DNA from: Candidatus Poribacteria bacterium
GTDB taxonomy: Bacteria; Poribacteria; WGA-4E; WGA-3G
Length of the DNA: 64,000 nt
Assembly: GCA_965198235.1 (NCBI GenBank)
Contig: OZ240248.1
Span: 4,960,001-5,024,000, forward strand
Reading direction: 5' to 3'
The translations under genes were made by a program, and so were the position numbers. The notes below the pieces were generated by a model. It did not search any database. It was not told the DNA's origin and worked only from the letters and a program-made list of their open reading frames with translations. Below are positions 28,796-37,947 of the stretch, in pieces (position 1 is the first letter of the stretch; each line of letters starts with the position of its first letter).

Positions 28796-29794
28796 TTACG
28801 CTTTTTTGAGCGTTAATCCACCTGGACGGAAACGCATTAAGAGGATAAGGATAATCCCAAAAATAAGATAGCGTGCGTTACCAAATTGGTATGGGATGAT
28901 GAAGCCGGGTCGCAGAACTTCTCCTAATGATCCGAGAATCGCTGCGCCTATCATTGCGCCTCTTATACTTCCCATACCGCCGAGAACTACCATACAGAGG
29001 ATGAGAATCGACTCCCAAAATTCAAAGAATGGGGCACTGATGTTAACCTGAAATTGTGCGATGAAACCGCCGCCTAACCCGCCGATTGCCGCGCTCACGG
29101 CAAACGCCAATGATTTATAGCGACTGACATTGATGCCCATACTTTCTGCTGCTTGTTCATCTTCACGAATAGCGACCCATGCTCTACCCACGCGAGAATA
29201 TTGCAGTCGATAGGCGATAAAGACGACCAGGAGTAGCAGGATAAGAATATGGTAATAATTGTGCCAATTCTGGTTGAACACTATTCCGAAAAGAGTAGGA
29301 GACGGAATATCACGAAGTTGTCCGTTCGGTGCCCCAATCAACCACTGTTCGTTTTTCACGATACGGAAGAGCAGCTCAGCAAACCCAAAGGTGACAATCG
29401 CAAAGTAATCTCCTGTAAGCCGCAAAGTGGGTGCTCCGCGTAATAATCCCCACAATGCACCATTTAACACGGCGAGGGGGAGGGCAATCCAGTAGGTAAC
29501 TCCAAGTCGAGCCATCAGTAATCCGACCGTATAGCCACCGATAAGATAGAAACCAACGTAGCCCAGATCGAGCAGTCCAGTGAATCCACATACAATATTG
29601 AGTCCGACTGCGAGGAGCATGTAGAGATATGCCCGAACAATAATTCGTAGCATATAATCTCCACTCGGAAGGCCAAGATAGATGTCATACCCTGACAAGA
29701 AAAGGGCTATCGCATCTATAGCATACATCAACAGGGGTAGAAAGCAGACAAATAAACCAAAGATGATATTTTTCGGTGTTAATTTATTTTTCAT
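28796..29794 (-). CDS. livM: Branched-chain amino acid ABC transporter permease
   Basis: GLNIVCGFTGLLDLGYVGF, LRLTGDYFAIVTFGFAE, GRAWVAIREDE, MVVLGGMG. Confidence 0.92.
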   Translation of the reverse strand: MKNKLTPKNIIFGLFVCFLPLLMYAIDAIALFLSGYDIYLGLPSGDYMLRIIVRAYLYMLLAVGLNIVCGFTGLLDLGYVGFYLIGGYTVGLLMARLGVTYWIALPLAVLNGALWGLLRGAPTLRLTGDYFAIVTFGFAELLFRIVKNEQWLIGAPNGQLRDIPSPTLFGIVFNQNWHNYYHILILLLLVVFIAYRLQYSRVGRAWVAIREDEQAAESMGINVSRYKSLAFAVSAAIGGLGGGFIAQFQVNISAPFFEFWESILILCMVVLGGMGSIRGAMIGAAILGSLGEVLRPGFIIPYQFGNARYLIFGIILILLMRFRPGGLTLKKA

Positions 29795-29795
29795 A

Positions 29796-30692
29796 CTAAG
29801 CTCGGTTTCCCGTTGATTTTCCGAACAATCCGGATGGACGAATAACGATCACTGCGATCATGATAATATAGGCAATCGCTAATCGGTACCCTGAGGAGAT
29901 ATATCCGGCTCCAAACACTTCGGCGATTCCGATTATGATGCCGCCGAGCATTGCTCCTGTAACGTTACCTATGCCGCCGAGAACAGCCGCGGCAAAAGCC
30001 GCTACCCCTTTATAGTAGCCCATTGTTGGCGTAACCACTTCGCGTAAACCAACCATTACACCCGCAATTGCCCCTAAAGCAGAACCGATAATAAACGTTA
30101 TAGCAATTACTCGGTTTGTCCTTATCCCCATCAGATTTGCTGCAACCGGATTTTGTGCGCAAGCCCGCATCGCTTTCCCGATTTTGGTCAGGTAAATTAA
30201 CCTGTTTAGGGCAATCATTAAAACCAGTGCCAACAGGATAATAAACACATCCCGATAAGGTAAGGCGGCACCCCCCGGGAGTAGGATCGCGTTTTGACTG
30301 AGAAAGATAGTCGGGAGGGCTTCGGTAGGAAATTGACGTGGACGGGCTGACCAAATCATTCGAGCGAGGTTTTGCAGGGCAAGTGACATACCTATTGCTG
30401 TAATTAACGCCGACAAACGCGGTGCGTTCCGTAGGGGTCGGTAGGCTACCAAGTCAATCAGCATCCCTAACATCCCACATAGAACCATACTCAGTGGCAA
30501 CGCTATCCAAAACGGTATACCGAAGACTGTTATAAGCATGAGTGCGATATAAGCACCGAACATGAAAATTTCGCCATGTGCGAAGTTGATCAGTTGGATA
30601 ATACCATAAACCATGGTATAGCCGACGGCGATGACTGCATAGATGCCGCCAAGCACCAATCCGTTAATAATTTGCTCTAAAAATTGCGCCAT
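29796..30692 (-). CDS. livH: Branched-chain amino acid ABC transporter permease
   Basis: GYTMVYGIIQLINFAHGEIFM, GKAMRA, AAVLGGIG, RPSGLFG. Confidence 0.94.
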   Translation of the reverse strand: MAQFLEQIINGLVLGGIYAVIAVGYTMVYGIIQLINFAHGEIFMFGAYIALMLITVFGIPFWIALPLSMVLCGMLGMLIDLVAYRPLRNAPRLSALITAIGMSLALQNLARMIWSARPRQFPTEALPTIFLSQNAILLPGGAALPYRDVFIILLALVLMIALNRLIYLTKIGKAMRACAQNPVAANLMGIRTNRVIAITFIIGSALGAIAGVMVGLREVVTPTMGYYKGVAAFAAAVLGGIGNVTGAMLGGIIIGIAEVFGAGYISSGYRLAIAYIIMIAVIVIRPSGLFGKSTGNRA

Positions 30693-30787
30693 AATTATTT
30701 TCTTCGGGTATTAGTTTTGTAGAGAGGGCTCTGGTGCCCTCTCATCCGTATTCTATGTGGCTGTAAGAGGGAAAATCTGTTTCAAAA

Positions 30788-31975
30788 TTAATCTAAATCG
30801 AGTAGTTGTTGATCAGCTGCAACAAATTGTCCATCTTTCACAACCTTCACATAAGCCGGTTTATTAACTGTATCACCATTTATATCAAAATAGGTTAACC
30901 CCGTAACCCCTTTGTAGCCTTCTGTGGGCGTGTCCAAGGATGCCAAATGATCACGGATAGCTTTCCGGTTGTCTGCAACGGATGCCTCTGGACTGTAAGT
31001 TTTTCCGATCGTTTCCGCAATCATTCCAACTGCATCATACGTCAAAGCAGCCCACGTGTCGGGTGCCACACCGTGAAGTGCTTCAAAATTAGCTGCCATC
31101 TGTTGTGCGTCTTCCCCTGCTGCCCCAAACGTAAAAGGCGTTGTGAGATAAGTCCCCTCTGCGGAGGAGCCTGCAATTATGAGGAAATCTGGTGAGTCCA
31201 CGCCATCCGCTCCGAAAAACTGTGCTGTGATTCCAGTTTCACGTGCCTGTTTAACAATGAGACCCGCTTCAGCGTAGAGCCCGGAGATAAAAATAGCGTC
31301 TGGGTTTTTGGCTTTAATGCTGGTGAGTTGTGCCTTGAAATCAGTATTGTCTCTCTCATACGCTTCTGAAGCGACGAGGTTAAGTTCTATTTTTTCGGCT
31401 TCTGCGACGAATGCGTTTCTTAAACCGCGCCCATAATCGTCGTTATCAAAAAAAACGGCAACCGATTGAAGATCCGTCAAGACCTTATCAATATATTGGG
31501 CGATGAATTTTCCCTGAAAATCGTCTCTATACAAATTACGGAAAGTCCAGTCGCTCCCCTCACAAACGTTTACAGCCGTTGAGCCAGGAGAAAGTTCGAC
31601 AATACCCGCGCGTTGGTAAATCGGTTTACCGGCTAACGAGCAGGTACTGTTAAAGTGTCCAACGACTGCAAGGATTTGTAAATTACTAGCGATGCGTTCT
31701 GCCACGAGGCTTGCTTCTGATCCTTTGCCGGCATCATCCTCAAAAAGCAGCGTCAACTTCATACCGTTGATTCCACCAGCTTCATTAATCTCTTTTTCTC
31801 GGAGTTCAGCACCGCGTTTGATCATTTCCCCGAATGCTGCTGCGTTCCCCGTAAAGGGAGCTGCTACAGCGACTCTGAGTTCTCTCTGAGATTCCTGTTT
31901 GTCTTTGCTCGCAGGCTGACATCCCCAAGTGGATATAAGTCCCACTATCAATAATATAATAAGCCAATTTCTCAT
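30788..31975 (-). CDS. livK: Branched-chain amino acid ABC transporter substrate-binding lipoprotein
   Basis: Lipobox TWG-C, INEAGGING, VGHFNSTCS, NDDYGRGL, DFKAQLT, YKGVTG. Start ATG 31975 after AAGGAG. Confidence 0.88.
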   Translation of the reverse strand: MRNWLIILLIVGLISTWGCQPASKDKQESQRELRVAVAAPFTGNAAAFGEMIKRGAELREKEINEAGGINGMKLTLLFEDDAGKGSEASLVAERIASNLQILAVVGHFNSTCSLAGKPIYQRAGIVELSPGSTAVNVCEGSDWTFRNLYRDDFQGKFIAQYIDKVLTDLQSVAVFFDNDDYGRGLRNAFVAEAEKIELNLVASEAYERDNTDFKAQLTSIKAKNPDAIFISGLYAEAGLIVKQARETGITAQFFGADGVDSPDFLIIAGSSAEGTYLTTPFTFGAAGEDAQQMAANFEALHGVAPDTWAALTYDAVGMIAETIGKTYSPEASVADNRKAIRDHLASLDTPTEGYKGVTGLTYFDINGDTVNKPAYVKVVKDGQFVAADQQLLDLD

Positions 31976-32054
31976 TTTATTATATACTCCTTTCATTATA
32001 TGGCAAGTCCTGTACGTCGTTAACCTGTATTAAGCCAGTGAGGTTATCGTTATT

Positions 32055-32838
32055 TTATGGTAGGACCTGCCTGAAGTCAATTTTAAATTCCAATTTATCC
32101 TCTTTACCATTTGGATGGACAATCCGAACTTGAGGGACAATGATGCGAATATCTGTGGCGGTGCTCTCAAGTCGATCGAAAATTAAGAAACCGCTCCGTT
32201 TCGCGCCAGAGAACAACTTTGCGTCTTCAAAGATGTGGTCCTCTATCACGATTCGTCCCAACTCAAGTGCTTCAGCATCTATGTAAGACTGAGAGTACCC
32301 ATAGTAAGGATAGTAGCCGTGAGCGGTAGGACTGTAAGGGTAGCCTGCTCTCCCAAGAGTTACGTTCCGAAAGATTTACGTTGTCATAGAGTGAATCAAA
32401 GTAAGCGTTGGATAGATTGGCGTATTGCACGCCATTTCCATCAATGAGGATGGCTGTGTCATCAACTAAGACGCGTCGGTTATCCCGGTTATGGATTGTA
32501 ATGTCGAACACCGTGTAGATAGGTTCAACAGCACCGCTCTTCTCAACCAAGAGATAAGGATTCACCCTCGGCTCCTCAGTGAGTGCGAACAGTTCTACTT
32601 CATCAAACGGTTTAATAGTAACGGCAATTCCCTTCTTTTCGACAGTTGCTGCCCCTGTCTCTGGGTTGATCTGTGCGTTAAAACGTCCTGAGATGGGTTC
32701 CATATAGACATCGACTGAGGGTTGCGGTGGGACAGCACACCCTGCCGATAACATTCCTATTAAGAAAAGCATACCGATTCTGCCTATAATCTGATACCGG
32801 AAGTGGATGCGATCTTTCGTATGGCTCATCAGTCTCAT
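32055..32838 (-). pseudogene. Lipoprotein of unknown function split by a single-base frameshift near 32370
   Basis: Lipobox SAG-C. ...DNVNL continues in the +1 frame as RNVTLGRAGYPYSPTAHGYYPYYGYSQSYIDAEALELGRIVIEDH..., joining ORFs 32272-32838 and 32055-32261. Confidence 0.7.
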
Positions 32839-32937
32839 CCTCCTATGCTATCATATTTTACGTCACGTGCGTTTTATTGTCAAAGATTTTAATTTTCTGG
32901 TGCCAGTCAATCGTGCCAAGCAAAGATTTTGAAAACC

Positions 32938-33558
32938 CTAAAATTCCCATTTCAACAACATGGCGCGGTTGTGCCAGACGAGCACCCCGGTTGCCGTGCC
33001 GATTGCCGCTCCAGTCACCACATCTGAAGTGTAATGCCTTCCCAAATAGATACGCGAGAAACTGACGAGTCCAGCACCGATGTAGAGCGGAATTCGTAAT
33101 TTCGGATACCGATACCCTAAAATTGTTGCAACACTGAACACAATAGACGCATGACCTGACGGTAAGGACGGATTCCCCAACACTTCGTCCAACGGTCGTT
33201 TCCTACCAACCAGTCTTTTCATGCCAAACGTTATAATCCCTGCTCCCATATATGCCGAAGACAGAAGTTTACCTGTTTCCCGATGTGCGTCATTTCCGTA
33301 CGCCATGAGGAGGATAGATGCCCCCATGACTGCTCGATAGTCTCCGAATTTTGAAACCCCTTCCATCATTGTCCACGTCGGTTGCTGGTGTGGTGGCGCA
33401 TCATAGATACGATCAAAGAGTGTTTGATCCCATCTCGATAGAAAGTCTTGAGCATTTGCTTCTAATCCTGCTATAATAGTGCAGAAAACCAGTGCGCATA
33501 AAAGCCATGATTTAAGAGATTTCACTAAGGCATAACTTGTACACTGATACTGCGTCAT
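32938..33558 (-). CDS. PAP2 family phosphatase
   Basis: KRLVGRKRP, PSGH, SRIYLGRHYTSD. Confidence 0.92.
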   Translation of the reverse strand: MTQYQCTSYALVKSLKSWLLCALVFCTIIAGLEANAQDFLSRWDQTLFDRIYDAPPHQQPTWTMMEGVSKFGDYRAVMGASILLMAYGNDAHRETGKLLSSAYMGAGIITFGMKRLVGRKRPLDEVLGNPSLPSGHASIVFSVATILGYRYPKLRIPLYIGAGLVSFSRIYLGRHYTSDVVTGAAIGTATGVLVWHNRAMLLKWEF

Positions 33559-33590
33559 GAAACTTGACCCGCCTATTGTGTTATATCCGT

Positions 33591-34943
33591 GTGATAGACC
33601 CCGTGCTAAAGCATCGGTGCTTCTGCAGGTTTATTCTGTAGAAGCACTTGTGGAATTCAGAAGCGGACTGGACGCTTCAACGCAGATGCCGACAATCCTG
33701 TGAAACAGGACAATCGGTCTTATTTCTGCTAACCCAAAGGAAGCTACCCCTTCCTTGAGAATATTTATCGCAGCGTTCTGGTCTCGGTCAAGGTGCGTCT
33801 GACACCTTGGACACGTCCAGTGCCGATCTGCGAGTGTTAGGTCCTTATTATGGTAATCACAAACACAACACGACTTCGTAGTAGGTGTCCACTTATCAAT
33901 CTTCAGCACAGCGCGGATACGTTTTTTACATTGGTGCTTGAGTTTCTCAAAGAACTCGCCAAACGCAAGATCAGAGACCTGTTTTCCCCACAGTTTTTTC
34001 ATACCCTGAAGGTTCAGGTCTTCAAAGAACAGGATGTCAAACTCTCGGCACAGGTCTATGGCAAGTTTCCAATGGTGATCCGCTCTCTGATTCGCGGTCT
34101 TTTTATGAATGCGTGCAACAGTTTTGCGAGAACGTTCTCGGTTGTGAGAACCTTTAACTTTGCGAGAATGTTCTCGCTGTGCTTTGGCGAGTTGCTTGGC
34201 GTTGTGTCTGTAGAACATCGGAGACGTATACCTTTTAGCGTCACTGCCAGTCAGGAAGTCTTTGATTCCCATATCAAACCCTTCCGCTTTACCGGTCTTG
34301 GGTTCGGGAATGACTTCGCTATAGTCTTCAGTGAGAGTGATATAGATGTCTCCAAGTGCGTCCCTTGTAACGTGAACTTGTTGAATAGCACCTTGTATCT
34401 CACGGTGCAGCGCGAAACGATACCAATGCCCATTCAGGCGGATTTTATACGTTGGATGGTTTCTCTTGTTCTTCTGGGCATCACTGACTTTTTCAAACTT
34501 CACCTGTTCACCAGAGAACGTCATACCCTTATGTTTCTTACACGACTTGAAACGAGGACGACCCCGCTTCAGCGTTTTTATTTCTCTAAAACTTTGGGCT
34601 AACCGTTTGAGAACATTTTGAAGACTCCACGCATACGGGATATTCCAATGCTTGTATTGCGGGAGCTTCTTGAGTTTCGTCAGATGCTTCGACATCTTGG
34701 CATACGAAAGGTCTTTACCATACCTACGGTAATACCTTCGCGAAAGCGCATTGAAATGATTTCGCAGAATGCCACAGATATTCAGGTCATTCTGCAGGCG
34801 TTTCAAATGTTTATCGTGAAAAAGTTTATGTATTGTGTTTCGCATAGTTTATCGAGAAAAACATTCATTTTCTTCAACGTGCTAAAGCAGGTCTCACATC
34901 CCCGACCTAAAGGTTCGGGGTTTTAGACCTAAAGGAAACTTTG
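33591..34943 (-). mobile_element. IS200/IS605-family element carrying tnpB only (IS1341-like)
   Basis: Left end (minus strand) TTAT|CAAAG...AAAACCCCGAACCTTTAGGTCGGG hairpin. Right end GAAGCACCGATGCTTTAGCACGGGGTCTATCAC. No tnpA between the ends. Confidence 0.85.
33631..34845 (-). CDS. tnpB: RNA-guided endonuclease TnpB
   Basis: RPRFKS, RuvC-I GFDMGIKDF, RuvC-II FFEDLNL, zinc finger CCVC...CPRC, RuvC-III DRDQNAAINI. Confidence 0.95.
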   Translation of the reverse strand: MRNTIHKLFHDKHLKRLQNDLNICGILRNHFNALSRRYYRRYGKDLSYAKMSKHLTKLKKLPQYKHWNIPYAWSLQNVLKRLAQSFREIKTLKRGRPRFKSCKKHKGMTFSGEQVKFEKVSDAQKNKRNHPTYKIRLNGHWYRFALHREIQGAIQQVHVTRDALGDIYITLTEDYSEVIPEPKTGKAEGFDMGIKDFLTGSDAKRYTSPMFYRHNAKQLAKAQREHSRKVKGSHNRERSRKTVARIHKKTANQRADHHWKLAIDLCREFDILFFEDLNLQGMKKLWGKQVSDLAFGEFFEKLKHQCKKRIRAVLKIDKWTPTTKSCCVCDYHNKDLTLADRHWTCPRCQTHLDRDQNAAINILKEGVASFGLAEIRPIVLFHRIVGICVEASSPLLNSTSASTE

Positions 34944-34951
34944 ATAATAAG

Positions 34952-35242
34952 ATGCGAATACGCCATGCCATAGTTGAGTACGACCTTGAAGAGGCAGCAG
35001 CGATGCTCGGTATCTCACCGGCAGACCTCAAACAAGCAGTCAGTACTGGACATCTCCAGTATTATTACCGACTCGATGGAGATGACTATCGGTTCCATGA
35101 GGCGAGTCTCCGCTCCAATAAAGACTTGCTCTCGCAGGAAGATTATCTCGCCAAGGTCCTAAACACGAGCTCGTCTTCAGAAACTACCACGGAGCCTGAC
35201 GCATCGGAAGAGGATCCACCGTCCACGCCATCCGATCCATGA
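34952..35242 (+). CDS. Small helix-turn-helix (excisionase/MerR-like) DNA-binding protein
   Basis: YDLEEAAAMLGISPADLKQAVSTGHL, acidic low-complexity tail. Confidence 0.65.
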   Translation: MRIRHAIVEYDLEEAAAMLGISPADLKQAVSTGHLQYYYRLDGDDYRFHEASLRSNKDLLSQEDYLAKVLNTSSSSETTTEPDASEEDPPSTPSDP

Positions 35243-35284
35243 AACGCGCCTGCTGGAAGATCGTTTGAATCCTTTCCATTTCCG

Positions 35285-36094
35285 TTAGTTTGCTTTAAGC
35301 CTGCCCCAGGTAATCGCAAGTTTATCTCGTGCTTCTACGGCGGTCAGTCCTCCGAGACTGTTGTTCATAATATCATTGACTTCTTCCTCTGTCAAACCGC
35401 GTTTCCAGATGTTAAGGTCATCCATCAATCCAGTGAAAGGTCGGTTGTTGTCAATGTTATAGCCGACACGTGCCCCCTGATCCCAATCTCCTGCGATAGG
35501 CGTAGGTACGCGAGCCTTTTCTTCACCGACATTTTCACCGTTGATGTAAAGCACGGCTAATCCCTCTGCTCGGCTGAATGTGCCACCGTAATGTATCCAC
35601 TCATTCGCTTTGTTTTCGCCAGCCCGGATATCGAATAGCGTTGTACCGGGGCTTCGATTGAGCCAACGATAATTTCCGTCCCCCCGTGCTTCTGGATGTA
35701 CAAGCCACGTATTATCGGCTGCACGGGCGTTGAAAATCGCCATATCTGATACGGCTTCAACGTTGAGCCACGCGAGAATACTCATGCCTTCGGTAGGGAT
35801 GTCTTCAGCCTTAATATTGGGACCCTCTAAATCCAAGAAGCTGCCGGATGCGAAATGGGCGGCTTTCCCGAATTTCCCGTCATTTGATTGTGTGACATCT
35901 CCATTAATCTTGCCATCGTAGCCATGTCCGGATTTTTCAACGACAACATCTCCGTTGAAGTCTTCATAATCGAAATACAGTACTAAATCTGGATCTAAAA
36001 CATCAGCTGAAAAAACTTCTACCGTAGGCACACAGAGAGTGCCTATCAGAAGTAAGCACATCAGATAAGGGGTGAGTATAAAGTTCTGTCTCAT
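35285..36094 (-). CDS. Secreted LamG-like jellyroll protein with C-terminal KLAxTWG tail
   Basis: Signal peptide, LVLYFDYED, GKFGKA, LYINGE, FTGLMDDLNIWKRGLT, ends AVEARDKLAITWGRLKAN. Confidence 0.9.
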   Translation of the reverse strand: MRQNFILTPYLMCLLLIGTLCVPTVEVFSADVLDPDLVLYFDYEDFNGDVVVEKSGHGYDGKINGDVTQSNDGKFGKAAHFASGSFLDLEGPNIKAEDIPTEGMSILAWLNVEAVSDMAIFNARAADNTWLVHPEARGDGNYRWLNRSPGTTLFDIRAGENKANEWIHYGGTFSRAEGLAVLYINGENVGEEKARVPTPIAGDWDQGARVGYNIDNNRPFTGLMDDLNIWKRGLTEEEVNDIMNNSLGGLTAVEARDKLAITWGRLKAN

Positions 36095-36168
36095 TTTTCG
36101 AGATACTCCTTTAGATGAACCATTCTTCTATTTTTTTACAACATGTAGCCACTTTCACCGGTCCTGCC

Positions 36169-37005
36169 TCACTTTGATGCCTTAATTTTTCCCCAGGTAG
36201 TCGCCAGTTTGCCGTGTGCTTCCACAGCAAGAAACGCGTCAACACCATCGTTCATAATGATATTGACTTCTTCCTCTGTCAAGCCACGTTTCCAGACGTT
36301 GAGGTCGTCCATCAGTCCAGCGAAGGGGCGGTTGTTGTCAATGTTATAGCCGACGCGTGCCCCGTTGCCCCAGTCTGGTGCAATAGGCGTGCCGATTCGT
36401 GCTTTTTCTTCACCGGCATTTTTTCCATTGATGTAAAGGACGGCTAACCCGTCAGCACGGCTGAACGTGCCAGCGTAATGCTGCCATTGATTCGCCTTGT
36501 TATCTCCAGCACGAATGTCAAAGATAGTCGCGCCGCCAGGACTCCGATTAAGCCAGCGATACCTGCCACTACCGCGTGCCTCTGGATGTACAAGCCATGT
36601 ATTATCCTTTGCACGTGCATTGAAAACTGCCATATCTGCGATGGCTTCAACGTTGATCCACGCGACGATACTCATGCCTTCAGTGGGAATATCCTCAGGC
36701 TTGATATTGGGTCCATCTAAGTCGAGAAAACTTCCGGTTACGAAGTGGGCGGCTTTCCCGAACTTCCCGTCATTCGATTGTGTGACCTTTCCATTAATCG
36801 CACCGTCGTAGCCACGTCCGGATTTTTCAACGACGGTATCACCCTTAAAGTCTTCATAATCGAAGTACAGCACCAAATCCGGATCTAAAACATCAGCTGC
36901 AAAAACTTCTACTGTAGGCACACAGAGAGTGCCTATCAGAAGCAGGCACACCAGATAAGGAATTAGTTTATAAGTCAGGATTGTAAATCTCTGGTTCTGT
37001 TTCAT
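36169..37005 (-). CDS. Secreted LamG-like jellyroll protein, tandem paralog, C-terminal KLAxTWG tail
   Basis: Highly similar to 35285-36094. Ends AVEAHGKLATTWGKIKASK. Confidence 0.9.
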   Translation of the reverse strand: MKQNQRFTILTYKLIPYLVCLLLIGTLCVPTVEVFAADVLDPDLVLYFDYEDFKGDTVVEKSGRGYDGAINGKVTQSNDGKFGKAAHFVTGSFLDLDGPNIKPEDIPTEGMSIVAWINVEAIADMAVFNARAKDNTWLVHPEARGSGRYRWLNRSPGGATIFDIRAGDNKANQWQHYAGTFSRADGLAVLYINGKNAGEEKARIGTPIAPDWGNGARVGYNIDNNRPFAGLMDDLNVWKRGLTEEEVNIIMNDGVDAFLAVEAHGKLATTWGKIKASK

Positions 37006-37205
37006 TTTTTGAGGTACCCTTTAGATGAATCATCCTTCACTTTTTTACAGAACGATTCGCTTATGTTAAAGTTTACCACTTTCCATTCGGGTCTGCAACC
37101 GAAAACCAAAAAAATCTTGATTTTAACTTCACTTTGCGTTAAACTGATTTGGGAAACGAATAGAAAACTGTGTAAAAAAATAAGTTGTTATACGGGAGCG
37201 TTAGG

Positions 37206-37937
37206 TTGCAAAGTGTAGGAATTATTCCAGCACGCTATGCCTCAAGCCGTTTTGAAGGCAAGCCGTTGGTGAATCTGCTCGGGAAGCCGATGGTGCAGCA
37301 TGTTTACGAAAGTGCGTGCCGCGCAAAAACATTAGATGAAGTTATTGTCGCTACGGATGACCAACGGATTTATGATGCCGTAGTACGCTTCGGCGGAAAT
37401 GTGCAGATGACCGGTCAATGTGCGACAGGTACTGAACGAGTAGCCGTCGTTGCAGAGCGCTTGGCATGTGATATTGTTGCCAATATCCAAGGGGACGAAC
37501 CGTTGCTTGAACCTGCACAGATAGACATGATGCTGCAGCCTTTTATTGACAGACCGGAGGTGCAAGTTTGCACGTTAAAACAGCGGATTGAAACTGCTGT
37601 AGATTATCGAGATGTTAACGTCGTTAAAGTCGTTACAGATCTTCAGGGTGATGCGTTGTATTTCTCGCGTGCCTCTATGCCCGGAAAGGTCAGTGAGGCA
37701 GAGTTACATAAGTTCCCAGTGTATCGGCATGTCGGGTTATATGCTTACCGTCGAGAGCGGCTTCTCGCGTTTACGAGGTGGAGCAGTACACCTTACGAAC
37801 TCGCAGAGGGGTTAGAACAATTGCGCTTTTTAGAACACGGTGTCCCTATTCATGTCGTTGAAACGGATACGCCACTTATTGGGGTTGATGTTCCTGCTGA
37901 CTTGGAGCGGGTGAAACAGATCTTGGAGTCTTCATAA
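37206..37937 (+). CDS. kdsB: 3-deoxy-manno-octulosonate cytidylyltransferase
   Basis: IIPARYASSRFEGKPL, ATDD, TGTER, NIQGDEP, ALYFSRA, EGLEQLR. TTG start 37206 after GGGAG. Confidence 0.95.
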   Translation: MQSVGIIPARYASSRFEGKPLVNLLGKPMVQHVYESACRAKTLDEVIVATDDQRIYDAVVRFGGNVQMTGQCATGTERVAVVAERLACDIVANIQGDEPLLEPAQIDMMLQPFIDRPEVQVCTLKQRIETAVDYRDVNVVKVVTDLQGDALYFSRASMPGKVSEAELHKFPVYRHVGLYAYRRERLLAFTRWSSTPYELAEGLEQLRFLEHGVPIHVVETDTPLIGVDVPADLERVKQILESS

Positions 37938-37947
37938 GGAAATTTTC

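Noticed and set aside
33850-34602. 250-aa + strand ORF
   Set aside because: Antisense shadow of tnpB with no recognisable motifs.
33564-34951. Sigma70 promoter TTGACC...TATAAT recreated at the IS empty site
   Set aside because: The spacer would be 20 nt and the -10 box only 3 nt from the ATG, so the geometry is poor.
35285-37005. Diversity-generating retroelement template/variable repeat pair
   Set aside because: Both copies are full ORFs, differences are spread along the gene and not adenine-specific, and there is no reverse transcriptase in the window.
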